28,557 nucleotides of DNA from Octopus sinensis (Eukaryota): the NCBI RefSeq assembly GCF_006345805.1, contig NW_021833172.1, positions 1 through 28,557 on the forward strand, given 5' to 3'. The position numbers were made by a program, and so were the translations under genes. This document shows, piece by piece, positions 1-10,149 of the stretch. The stretch's first letter is position 1; each line of letters opens with the position of its first letter. Under the pieces are notes generated by a model. That model made no database searches and was not told where the DNA came from. It saw nothing but the letters and a program-made list of their open reading frames with translations.

Positions 1-80
1 TATGTATGTATGTATGTATATATGTATGCATGTGTGTATGTATATGTATGTGTGAAAGTGTGTGTGTGTGTGCGTGTGTG
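1..80. repeat. (TATG)n/(TG)n microsatellite
   Basis: Directly visible tandem units. Confidence 0.95.
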
Positions 81-349
81 AACAGCTTGAACCAGATTAG
101 CGAAACTAAAAGTTCTGGTCATCTGTCAGATCGTTTAGACACTTCAATGCAGAGTATAAGGTCAGTTTTAACTAACTGTCAAGGCTAATTTTCATTGATG
201 TTAAGGAACACACGCTTTTATTGGCCATTTTAGGTCACGTGGTGCAATCCGTAACTAGATGACTACTAGTAAACAGGATACAACATTTTTTTGCAATTGG
301 GAGAAATGATTTCCCTATCTTGCAGTAGAAATTTTGGTAAAATTAAATT

Positions 350-478
350 TCACACACACATACGAGCAAATATACAGTCTTATACACGCACGCATACTCA
401 TACACATACACACTCAAACGCACACACACACGCACGCACACACACACACGCACACACACACACATATATATATATTTA
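350..478. repeat. (CA)n/(TA)n microsatellite
   Basis: Directly visible; explains the HT-rich ORF 291..515. Confidence 0.95.
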
Positions 479-1017
479 CATATCTGCATGCGCATTTATA
501 AGAACCTATAAGTAAAACACATGTGCACCATAATGGTTTTCATGTGTTGCAAAGGTAAAACGTGTCTGTTTCAATTGCTCATGTTACTACATTACCACAC
601 CCAAGTTGTTGGTAGTTAGATACTTTGCACTTGTTATTCTAAAGAGAATGATTTGAGTCCTGTTATGTAAATGGAGGAGATAAACAACCTGGTCGAATCG
701 TTAATGCATCGAGCTAATTGATAAAATGTTTATGGATTTCCTAAACGATCTCTGTGCAGTGTCGTATAGTTAAAATATTCAACTTCCGCTAACTTATTCA
801 ACTCAGTTGTACAATAAATCCCTTGTGCAGTTTCATTATATTGCTGTAAACAACTATGCACTATAAGAGTTAACGTAGGAATTTCTACCTGGTTTCTTAG
901 CCTAATTAAAATAGCCAAATATCCCTCATATAACATATCCCACTGTCTTAAAAGGAGGAAGAATAATGTACTTTAAGATACCTTGTCCGAAGTAAGGAAA
1001 GACTTGGTTGTTATGGT

Positions 1018-1327
1018 GGAGGCGCAATGACCGAGTGGTTAGGGCAGCGGACTCGCGGTCGGAGGATCGCGGTTTCGATTCCCAGATCGGGCGTTGTATG
1101 TGTTTATTGAGCGGAAACACCTAAAGCTCCACGAGGCTCCGGCAGGGGGGGGGGGCGACTCCTGTTGTACTCTTTCGCCCCAACTTTCTCTCACTATCTC
1201 TTCCTGTTTCTTGAGTAACGCTGCGATGGACTGGCGTCCCGTCCAGCTGGGGGGTACACATACGCCACAGAAACCGGGCCCATGAGCCTGGCTAGGCTTG
1301 AAAAGGGCGCATAAATAAAAATAAAAA
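1018..1327 (+). mobile_element. tRNA-derived SINE, family C (V-domain-like core), full length
   Basis: A-box TGACCGAGTGG, B-box GGTTTCGATTCCC, central CTGCGATGGACTGGCGTCCCGTCCAG resembling the V-SINE core, A-rich tail. Imperfect TSD ttggttgttatggtgga (1004-1020) versus ttgattgttatgagtgga (1328-1345). Confidence 0.85.
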
Positions 1328-1659
1328 TTGATTGTTATGAGTGGAATACTTTTAATCATTCATTTACTAAAAGAGAGTTTAAACAACATTAGGGTGTCGA
1401 TCATGGCTGCTAAACTTGCTAAAATAGCAGCAAATCTCTCTCGAATCACAAATTCAGATTGCTTAATAAAGTATTATATACATTGTTTGGATGTAAGAGT
1501 CGGGACGGTTACGACTGAAACGCGTTTATTAATAGTTCTGCTCAGTCAGTGCTTACCTAATTTTGACAACAACGGAATAAGCCAACGTGAGAGCCTCTGT
1601 ACAATTACACAATCCTTATAATCGGTTGACATTTTAGGCGAGGTAGCATTCGGTTAAAT

Positions 1660-1745
1660 TGCCCTCAGTACTAGACACTTGCTGATTTTATGGATCCTAG
1701 AAGGATGATTAGCAAATCTGAACCGACTGAGATTAGATCTGAAAA
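1660..1745 (-). mobile_element. Degraded SINE family B fragment
   Basis: Patchy similarity to the cccagt..tactt..gaaaggatgaaaggcaaagtcgacc segment of the copies at 18488-18950 and 23746-23981. Confidence 0.5.
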
Positions 1746-1894
1746 GATAAGTAAAAAATTTGATTAAATACCACAAAGCCTTTTGACCATTTGATCCTGC
1801 TTATCTCAAAGCACTTATTAATAAAGGATGCATTGACGGTGGTGGATTGACACAATAGTTACAGCGTCGAGGAAAATACATTGTGATATTTATT

Positions 1895-2030
1895 TACAAC
1901 TCCCGACCGAGATCATCATTATCTTTTGCCTCTTCGGAGTTAGTAAAATAAATTATTGACAAATTACCGGAGTCGATTTAATTAACCAACTTTTCCCGCG
2001 AAATTATTGGCCTTGTGCAATTATTAGAAA
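1895..2030 (+). mobile_element. Degraded SINE family B 3' fragment
   Basis: Resembles the family B tail (ggagtcgatttaatt...ggccttgtgc...ttagaaa). Confidence 0.5.
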
Positions 2031-2291
2031 TTGTTAATTAACGATGCGTTAGCTTTCAATGATGAGTTGGCTAACGAGCTGTTAAGCGTAAGAGTTAATG
2101 ATATTGCTTATTTGCGTATGTTTGAGAGGTAGAGAAAGTTGTTTTAGAGTTAGATGCATGTTGAAATGATATCTGTATTTCAAGGTTATTTATGTAGAGT
2201 GAGCAGTGATCTGGAGAGATCACAGAACCTTAGAGAAAATCTAAATTAACATTAAGACTATCATAAAATTATCAGAAACGATTCTATCTAC

Positions 2292-2694
2292 AGATAGTGG
2301 CTGCGTGGTAAGAAACTTGCTTCCTAATCACGTGGTTCCGTGTTCAGCCCCGCTGCGTGAGCCTTTGGGCAAGTATCTTTTACTATAACCTCGAGCCGAC
2401 CAAAGCCTTGAGTGGATTTGGTAGACGGAAAATTAAAGAAGTCCGTTATGTGTATCTATCTATCTATCTATCTATCTAATACACAGACACGTACGTGTGT
2501 GTGTGTGTATTTCTGTCTGTGCTTGTCTCAGGCCCCTGCCGGAGTACTTTGCCGTTCGGCAAAGAGAGACCGATAGAATAAGTACCAGATTTTTAAAAAA
2601 AATACAGAGGTCGATTCAATCGACTAAAAATTCTTCAAGGCGGTGCCTCAGCATGGCCGTGGTCTAATGACTGAAACAAGTAAAAGATAAAAGA
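2292..2694 (+). mobile_element. tRNA-derived SINE, family A (CORE-like), with internal microsatellite
   Basis: Head gtggctgcgtggtaag..ggttccgtgttcagccc, MIR/CORE-like ctttgggcaagt, tail gcatggccgtggtctaatgactgaaacaagtaaaag; collinear with the copy at 19137-19563. Confidence 0.9.
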
Positions 2695-2789
2695 TACTGC
2701 ACAATTGACTTGCAATGAGAAAAAGCATCCGTCATTAATCTGTTCAAAGATGTACACGATGAATTCGTTTGAATGTTTTTCATCTAAAA

Positions 2790-3075
2790 AAATTCAAGAT
2801 GGCAGACAGTACCCTTGATCCTATAAAGGCTTCTAAGAATGGCGGGAAGGGAGGAGGAAGCTATTATCAAACTGGAAATCTAGATCGGATACTTGCATCC
2901 GAGTGGATTCACGTGAAACTACCCAAAGTGCCAGAGGTGGTATTAAACGGAATGGCGTGTTAATTCTACTACCCAAGTATGTCATTGTTGGCTATGAATT
3001 TAGTACGCAAAGAATTGAATTAAATACTGGAAGGCAACCGGGCCGACGTTCTTACAGTTCAATTATTTCATAGCC
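2790..3075 (+). mobile_element. Decayed RTE-clade LINE, AP-endonuclease region
   Basis: Frameshifted peptides LDRILASEW and GGIKRNGVLILLPKYVIVGYEFSTQRI resemble the RTE endonuclease pattern IDILGISE..W / KRNGVAIIV..VLGY..SDRI. Judged by eye. Confidence 0.45.
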
Positions 3076-3082
3076 TTGGGTT

Positions 3083-3138
3083 GTACTTTATTAGCGACTC
3101 GGAGAGGATGAAAGGTAAAGTCGACCTCGGCGTAATTT
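3083..3138 (-). mobile_element. SINE family B fragment
   Basis: gagaggatgaaaggtaaagtcgacctcggcg matches the family B core. Confidence 0.75.
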
Positions 3139-3298
3139 TGGTACAGGGTGCAAAATAAGTAACTTTACATCTGTTAATGTGTTTTTTTCTTTTTCTTTTT
3201 TTCTTTTTGTCACTATCATTGGTCGAAAATTTAAGATTAGTAAGTTTCCGTTTGGTGGTGTATTTTTTTCCCTAGCAAGGGGTCCTTGTTATGAAACG

Positions 3299-3386
3299 TT
3301 GACGTCAAGAATGAGAAATCGCGAGTTATTGGATTTCATCATCCAATAAGCATTGGTTAACGCTGAGAAGAAGCAGAGATATAAAA
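3299..3386 (+). promoter_or_regulatory. Candidate promoter cluster: CRE, three CCAAT boxes, TATA
   Basis: TTGACGTCAA 3299-3308, ATTGG 3328-3332, CCAAT 3343-3347, ATTGG 3352-3356, TATAAAA 3380-3386. Motif presence only. Confidence 0.3.
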
Positions 3387-3444
3387 TTTGTTAATAGGTT
3401 GTCGTTTATAACCACACTATTAATTATTACTTTAGCTCTTAATT

Positions 3445-3590
3445 TTCATCTTTTACTTGTTTCAGTCATTGGTCTGCGGCCATATTTGAACATCACCTTC
3501 AAGGCTTTTTAGTCGAACATATCGACGCTAAGACTTATTTTATAAGTCTGGTACTTACTCTATCGTGCAGCGGAGGTGGGGAGGACAAAT

Positions 3591-3662
<72 letters not shown>

Positions 3663-3730
3663 GCACGCACGCACGCGCACACACACACACACACAACACA
3701 CACACACACACACACACGCACGCACGCACG

Positions 3731-3771
<41 letters not shown>

Positions 3772-3784
3772 GCACGCACGCGCG

Positions 3785-3843
<59 letters not shown>

Positions 3844-3998
3844 GACAGGTTTCCACAGAGTTTCCGTCTACCAAATTCACTCACAAGGTATCGGTCGGCT
3901 CGGAGCAGAGTATAAGACGCTTGTTCAAGGTGCCGGACAGTGAGACTGGAACCCGAGATCACGTGGCTGCAAAACGAGCTTTATACCACGCAGGCATG
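3445..3998 (-). mobile_element. SINE family A, full length, with about 250-bp internal (CA)/(CGCA) expansion
   Basis: Reverse-complement head at 3840-3998 and tail at 3445-3590 match family A; microsatellite 3592-3840 explains the VC/HT ORFs. Confidence 0.9.
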
Positions 3999-4192
3999 TG
4001 TTTAGACGTAGATGTCTGAGATGAAGATGAGGAAGTGGCTTGGCATTCTGAGAGATTGTAAGAATTGGTTGCAGGTGACAATGCTTTCGGTATATTTATT
4101 TTGGCGCAGATATAGCTGTTTGTTTGTGAGATAGTATTTAGTTTCTAGATGACAAGAGCCAGCTGAGAGACATGCAGTTTACAAGTAGCGTG

Positions 4193-4193
4193 T

Positions 4194-4235
<42 letters not shown>

Positions 4236-4281
4236 AACTGCTGCTACTATTACAACTACCATCTCCATTACTGCTTCTACA

Positions 4282-4350
<69 letters not shown>
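4193..4350. repeat. (CTA)n trinucleotide repeat
   Basis: Directly visible; source of the poly-Leu ORF 4172..4435. Confidence 0.95.
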
Positions 4351-4352
<2 letters not shown>

Positions 4353-4447
4353 GGTTGATATTCTTTTTCTCTCCTCTTCATTTTGTTTCTTTTTTTCTCA
4401 TCGTCTTCTTATCTTTGTCTTTTTTATATTTCTGAAAATTTTTTATA

Positions 4448-4499
4448 AATAAATATTTTAGTAGCTATATATATATATATAGCTACTAAATTATTTATT
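4448..4499. repeat. 52-bp palindrome centred on (AT)7
   Basis: Arms tttagtagct/agctactaaa extend outward to 4448/4499 with one T-T mismatch. Confidence 0.9.
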
Positions 4500-4552
4500 A
4501 GCACAGCATGGCCGCAGTCAAATGACTGAAACAAATAAAAGAAAAAAAGAAT
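4500..4552 (+). mobile_element. 5'-truncated SINE family A tail
   Basis: cagcatggccgcagtcaaatgactgaaacaaataaaag is identical to the tail at 19518-19555. Confidence 0.85.
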
Positions 4553-4580
4553 AATATATATATATATATATATATTTATT

Positions 4581-4624
<44 letters not shown>

Positions 4625-4857
4625 AGATATATATCTGCAAATGTAATATGTGACAATTATCATGGCTACCGAATATTTGTCACATATTAACATTTACAGA
4701 TAAATTCCTAATATCGAGGTCTCTTTCTTTCTTTTGTTGTCTTACCATTTTTATCAATATATATATATATATATATAATATATTAATAAATAAAACATAT
4801 GCATATATATAAACATATATGTACGTACCTACCTCTACATGTACATATACACGCATA

Positions 4858-5225
4858 TATGAGTACAGGACACCAAAAAGACGTCGAACACAATGAGAAA
4901 CGAAAACATAGACACAAACCCAAGGAACTGGACATTTTTTTAAACAACAAAAAAATAGAGTACAGGACAATTAACACAAAGAAAAAAACCCCCCTTCAGT
5001 CGCTATGGTTTCATCTACTCTACGTTTCGAAGGTGAAAGCGAGACTATAAATATATATATACATACGTTTAAATATTTGTTGTGCAAGATTTTTTATGTG
5101 AAGTCGTGTGTTGAAACAGATATTGTTGTATTTAGGAATGGTCATTTTGCCAGTTTAGCCAATAAAAACACACGCACTATATATTTGGTGTTACTTTGCT
5201 TCAGTGTTATTTATTTTTTACATTA
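4858..5225 (-). mobile_element. Penelope-like terminal remnant (dispersed repeat)
   Basis: Minus strand carries ttcGAAACGTA, the same motif as 22093 and 27303, with microsatellite-flanked purine-rich context. The Penelope assignment is inference. Confidence 0.4.
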
Positions 5226-5338
5226 ATCTTAATCTTATTTCGGCCAGAGTTCTTTCGTCACACTCCTGTGACCGCATCAGTGGTCCTTTGTTTTCTTCTT
5301 ACTTATTTGTGTCTCTCCTTACTAACCGTCAGCCATTT

Positions 5339-5380
<42 letters not shown>

Positions 5381-5782
5381 TATATATATATATATATATA
5401 TATTCATACACACACACACATATACACACATGACAGTCTCTCTGTTTCTCTAAACGTACCATTTCTGCTCTCTCAAAAGAGTTTAGCTATAAATTCATAC
5501 AACATATAATATAATTGGTATGTAATGTGTTTCAAAACCTATTCTCAATTTCATATTTTGTGTATTTAATCTATAAAATTGTGCATAAAGTATGTAAAGT
5601 GTATATATAAAATGCATTAAGTAATCATCGTATTCCAATTTCCTTCACTATTCAGTGAGTAGCAGATGAGCGACTATTTTTTTATACAGACACAACACAA
5701 GTTTCAGGTTTTTTGGATAAAGTTTTCAGAAATAATCCAATAAGTTTACCGTTAATTCCGTGAAATATTCACGCTTTGTCAA

Positions 5783-5825
5783 ATGTCAGATCCTCTTGTT
5801 TTTAACGTTAAGCAACGCATAACCG
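5783..5825 (+). CDS. Candidate first coding exon (MSDPLVFNVKQRIT + phase 1), product unknown
   Basis: ATG at 5783 with an in-frame stop upstream; consensus donor CG|GTAAGT at 5826. Confidence 0.45.
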
Positions 5826-5913
5826 GTAAGTTCTTTAATGTCAGAAAAGCAGTTATCAACTCCGCTTATAAAAATGCCTAACTGGACTACATCATTTATT
5901 CATCTGCTTACAG

Positions 5914-5944
5914 CTAAAGAAAATAAAGAACAACCCACAGAAAA
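5914..5944 (+). CDS. Candidate 31-nt micro-exon (AKENKEQPTE, phase 1 to 2)
   Basis: 88-nt intron with branch-like CTAAC 5878-5882, acceptor tctgcttacAG, donor AA|GTAAGT; stays in frame with 5783-5825. Confidence 0.5.
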
Positions 5945-6834
5945 GTAAGTTCACTTGCTTAAATGCATCACGGGAGTGTTCTTCGGTGCATCTACTTTTC
6001 GATATTTTTATCACCAAGGCAAATATTTAGAGACAGCACCTAAAAATTTCTTCCTAACTAGAAAAAAAAAACCGTTTATATTTATTTATTTTGGCACAAA
6101 CTAAAGCAATTTCCCAAGACGCTTCATTCATCGCAAAACTTTCATAACTTCTTTCAACGAATGTATATTCTGTCTACTTTTGATTTCTTTTTTTTTTAAA
6201 TCTCATATTTTTTCCATAACCCAGATCCAAGTTTTAGCTTCAATTTGCCTTGTATTTTAGTCTCATGTTGAGAGTTGTCGAGTCTATCAAGATCATGTTT
6301 TATATTATGTGAAACACCATTTTCACAGTGAACAGTGGTTTTGCTGAAATACAATAAATAAGAGCTCACTTCCCGCTGTTCATTGATTTCACACAATCAC
6401 CCGCTTTTCTTTTGCACTGTGATGGGTAAAACCAAAGCAAGACATAATATTTCCGCAAATGTTCACAAAGCACATCTGTATTTAGCGTAGGAGAGTCAAC
6501 TGTAAACTGACTGGCAAAAAAGATGCGTTCTACTGTCACTGGTTGCCCTGTCTTGATCCAAACAAATATCAAATTTGTATCAAATAATTATGAACGTGTG
6601 TGTAATGCGCCATTTTCAATCATTCAATACGTCACTTTTGGCGCATACGCCATAGGTTGACCATCATTGACATGATCGATGAATTAGCCGCACCTCTAGC
6701 ATTATATAGTATTAGCCCTTACTTGTTATTGCTTAACTCCAGGTCAACTCCAACTATGCAGACCTATGATCAAGAACGTCCCAAGCGTGGCCAACAAGTC
6801 TATTTTGGATATATGCATCTAGATTAGTCTTATC

Positions 6835-6990
6835 ACTTTGTGTCTCGTTGAATCTCCCTGAGAACTATATTAAGAGTACGCGTATCTGTATATTAAGAGT
6901 GCTCAACCACTTGCACGTTAATTTCACGAGCAGGCTATTCCGTTGATCGGATCAACTGGAACCCACGTTGTCGTAACCGATGGAGTATCA
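6835..6990 (+). mobile_element. SINE family D (Deu/Nin-like) 3' half
   Basis: ccacttgcacgttaatttcacg.gcaggct.ttccgttgatcggatcaact matches the reverse complement of 9372-9470. Confidence 0.85.
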
Positions 6991-7489
6991 ATATTTTGTT
7001 GTTTCTTCCAGTACTTTGATTACAGAAAGCACACCCTTCAAGGTAGAATCTAATATAACGGTTATTAGTCCAAGATAGACTACTAGTTATCTAGATTATT
7101 GTCGCTCCGAAGCTTGACGTTTTGATGATGAGCAGAAAGCCTTCCGTTGGATGTTCTGTTGCGATAGAGCAGTGCGACTCCCCTGGCGTGTGTGTCCTTG
7201 GGTTTCGGCCAGGGAATAACGCAGTGAGTTGAAGTGCTAGTGTTGATATTGTTTCATGAATAAGAGTAGAATAAACGGTGAGGAATCTCTTATCGAGTTT
7301 GATGAGTGTTATATCTTTTTCGTTATGGCCTATTACAAGAGCAGACATCACCCACATGGTATAAGCTTTGCTGTGAGGTTCAACATGCTGCTTAAATTGA
7401 CAGAGAACAATTGGTTTCAGCAAGCAGCTAATGTCACATTATGTAACAGACATGTCCCGTTGCTGAGTGTCTCTGTATGCATACATGTA

Positions 7490-8046
7490 TACGAGGGCTG
7501 TTCAAAAAGGTACTATAAAAAGAAAACTACTACACATATCCATTCGGCATTTAATTACCTTCGAAGTAGTACCCTTCTGAAGTCGTCCACACTTTATCCA
7601 GCGTGGTTTCCATTGATGGAAGCAATTCCGGAACTCTTTTTTTTTTGGAATAGCGAACAGCTGCCTCGTCGCATTATCTTGGATTTCCTCAATGTCTTGA
7701 TATCGTATTCCTTTCAAGTGGGATTTGATTTTTGGAAAGATTCTTGGCCATAATAACCTTCAAGTCGTGTCTCTTTCCACACACGCACACACACACGCAC
7801 ACACGCACACACATTTTCTCTGCCTTGGCAACTGATGGAACCTCGTCGGTGCGGTGAGACGACCACACTCTACACACTTTACTTCCAAGTACTTCTATAA
7901 ACAACGGAAGTGAGCGAGAGCGTTGTAACTTGCTATGCATGCACGACAGAGTTCAAGGTCAACCTGTGTCAAGCGGCTTCACTCTGCGTACTTTAGCTCC
8001 GTTACCATAGCAACAGTCCCGAAACATTTTGATCAGACCTCACATA
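7490..8046 (-). mobile_element. Internally deleted mariner (Tc1/mariner) element
   Basis: Imperfect TIRs (ta)cgagggctgttcaaaaag and reverse complement (ta)tgtgaggtctgatcaaaatg, with TA flanks. Minus-strand peptide FPKIKSHLKGIRYQDIEEIQDNATRQLFAIPKKKEFRNCFHQWKPRWIKC is a mariner transposase C-terminus. Deletion junction lies at (CA)n 7778-7812. Confidence 0.9.
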
Positions 8047-8619
8047 CTCACATACAGACATAGAAAGGCTGGCAGACAGACAGGCAAGCCTAATTACCTC
8101 GTATACATTTTCTTAGAAGCGTGAGCACATATTTCTTTCACCGTTATTCCCCGTTCCGGAATTTGCTGCTAACTGTAATCTGTACACAACGGAAGGAAAC
8201 AGATAATGGTTATCTCAAACTAAATAGTCATTTGAATAAATAAAGTACATCCACTTTTCGTATTTTCATTTCATTAGAAAGTAAAGTTTTCACAAGTGTC
8301 AGGGTTTTATCTTAACATCTACGTTTCCTACACAAACAAAAGATCTTATTAAGCCTTACATACAGAACGTAATCCGAATGATAATCAATGTTTTCTTTGG
8401 TTTCGGTTACTATGACAATTTTATATCATTTGTTTTGTTTCATTAGTAAGTATTTTGTTTTATTTACTTAAGTTGTATTATTATTTATTTATTGTTTGTT
8501 TGCTTGTTTTGTTTATGTATATACTTATTTATATTTATATTTACTTTATCGTTACGTTAACTGCAAGTTATGCTTTTTTTTAGTGTATTTCTTGTTTCTT
8601 TTCTCTTTGTTTTCATCAG

Positions 8620-8738
8620 TGGTAAATCTGAAATTCGTTAGACAACTAGAAAGCACTGCTCGCTCTTTGCTGTACGCTGTAAGCGGGCACATACATTCTG
8701 CAACCAGAACACAAAGGAAATTAATATACATACTAAAG
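8620..8738 (+). CDS. Candidate internal exon (phase 1 to 0: VNLKFVRQLESTARSLLYAVSGHIHSATRTQRKLIYILK)
   Basis: Long polypyrimidine tract ending catcAG, donor AAG|GTTGGT (alternative GCT|GTAAGC), one open frame. No homology recognised. Confidence 0.3.
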
Positions 8739-9062
8739 GTTGGTTGCTTTGTATGTGCATATAATGTGCTTAAAAGGTTAGTTGTCTTGTATCTGAGTAA
8801 AGTATACACAAAAAGTTAGTCACATGGAAAAAATTTGCCCAACATCAGAGTTTTTAACATACTAACTACTAAAATTACAGAAAACATTAATGGAAGTTGT
8901 GGTGTTCGTTCGTTTTCCAGAATAAAAAAAAACAAGCCATTTAGACAAGTTACAATTAAGAATCAGATTCAGGTCGCAGGTTCAGTTTGCTGAGAACTTA
9001 TTATTTTATGGTGAACACCACATCTACAATCATTCTTTTTTTCTTTTTTGGTACACGGCTAG

Positions 9063-9127
9063 AGAAAGAGGAATCAGTTATATTATTATGTATATTAAAT
9101 TGGATGCAAAAATGCATTTCTATGGGA
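9063..9127 (+). CDS. Candidate small exon (two open frames; EKEESVILLCILNWMQKCISMG in one)
   Basis: T-rich acceptor region ending ggctAG, consensus donor GGA|GTGAGT. Confidence 0.25.
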
Positions 9128-9371
9128 GTGAGTAAAATCAAAAGCCTGGAGAGACGCAACTTCATCTCTTTATTGCAGCTACTATAATACTCATATACAT
9201 CTACTCAATACATAGATACTCTTCTGTTCGCAAAGCCGATTTTTCTGGGAGTTGATCTCAGATCGGAAAGGACTATAACAAAACATCTCAAGGCATTCAA
9301 TCCAACAATCTACTTTTCCATGTTTCCATCCCCACCATCTTTGTTGATTAGTATCATTGGAACAATAATAA

Positions 9372-9662
9372 CTGACACTCCGTCAGTTACGACGACGAGG
9401 GTTCTAGTTGATCCGATCAACGGAACAGCCTGCACGTGAAATTAACGTGCAAGTGGCTGAGCACTCCTCGGACACGCGTACCCTTAACGTAGTTCTCAGG
9501 GACATTCAGCATGACACGGAATGTAACAAGGCTTACCCATTTGAATTACATGTACGACTCATTTATGCCAGCTGAGTAGACTGGAGCAATGCGAAATAAA
9601 GTGTCTTGCTCAAGGACACAACGCGCCGCTGGTTCGCGAACCCGCTAAGCCACGCACCTTCA
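9372..9662 (-). mobile_element. SINE family D (Deu/Nin-like), near full length with shortened tRNA head
   Basis: Minus strand reads gcgtggcttagcgggttcgcgaacc..gtgtccttgagcaagacacttt..ttgctccagtctactcagctg, followed by the tail shared with 6835-6990. Confidence 0.85.
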
Positions 9663-9835
9663 CATCATTGGAATAAAGCTATAAGTATTTCGGGAAAGCA
9701 GGATCGATTTAACCTTATATATTTTGTTGACTATAGAAATATGAAAGATAAAGGTGACTCCGACTCTATTTGATCTTATAATCTAATGGTTTGCATCTAA
9801 ATATTCCCGTCTGCCATTGTCTTATTAATGGTGAC

Positions 9836-10070
9836 AAAGGTGGCGATCTGGCAGAATCGTTAGCACGCCAGGCGAAATGCTTAGTAGTATTTCGTTTGGC
9901 GCTGCGTTCTGAGTTATAATTCCGCCAAGGTCGACTTTGCCTTTCATCCTTTCGGGGTCAATAAATTAAGTACCAGTTACGCACTGGGGTCGAAGTAATC
10001 GACTTAATCCCTTTGTCTCTCCTTGTTTGTCCCTTCTATGTTTACCCACTGTGGGCAATAAAGAAATAAA
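9836..10070 (+). mobile_element. tRNA-derived SINE, family B, full length
   Basis: A-box TGGCAGAATCG, B-box-like GAGTTATAATTCC, core gtcgactttgcctttcatcctttcggggtc, tail aataaagaaataa; collinear with 26020-26252. Confidence 0.9.
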
Positions 10071-10149
10071 AATCGTTAAAGCGTCGAAAGCGACGCCTTC
10101 TGGTAGTTCTTCTGTCTCTTAATTTTCTGAATTCAGAATGCATGCGATT

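Noticed and set aside
2056-2230. Box C-like ATGATGA suggesting a C/D snoRNA
   Set aside because: No box D (CTGA) or terminal stem at a suitable distance.
2795-2963. caagATGgc (YY1/Kozak-like) start of a 54-aa ORF
   Set aside because: Better explained as a decayed RTE endonuclease region spanning several frames.
7091-7423. Trypsin-like motif DITLIKLDK in a minus-strand ORF
   Set aside because: No His or GDSGG catalytic motifs and no convincing splice sites; likely chance.
7485-8108. 12-bp perfect inverted match atgtatacgagg/cctcgtatacat as an alternative mariner end
   Set aside because: The longer imperfect TIR ending at 8046 fits mariner structure better; this match includes flanking DNA.
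10081-10096. Hairpin gcgtcg-aaag-cgacgc
   Set aside because: Only 6 bp, within decayed SINE continuation, and not a terminator context in a eukaryote.
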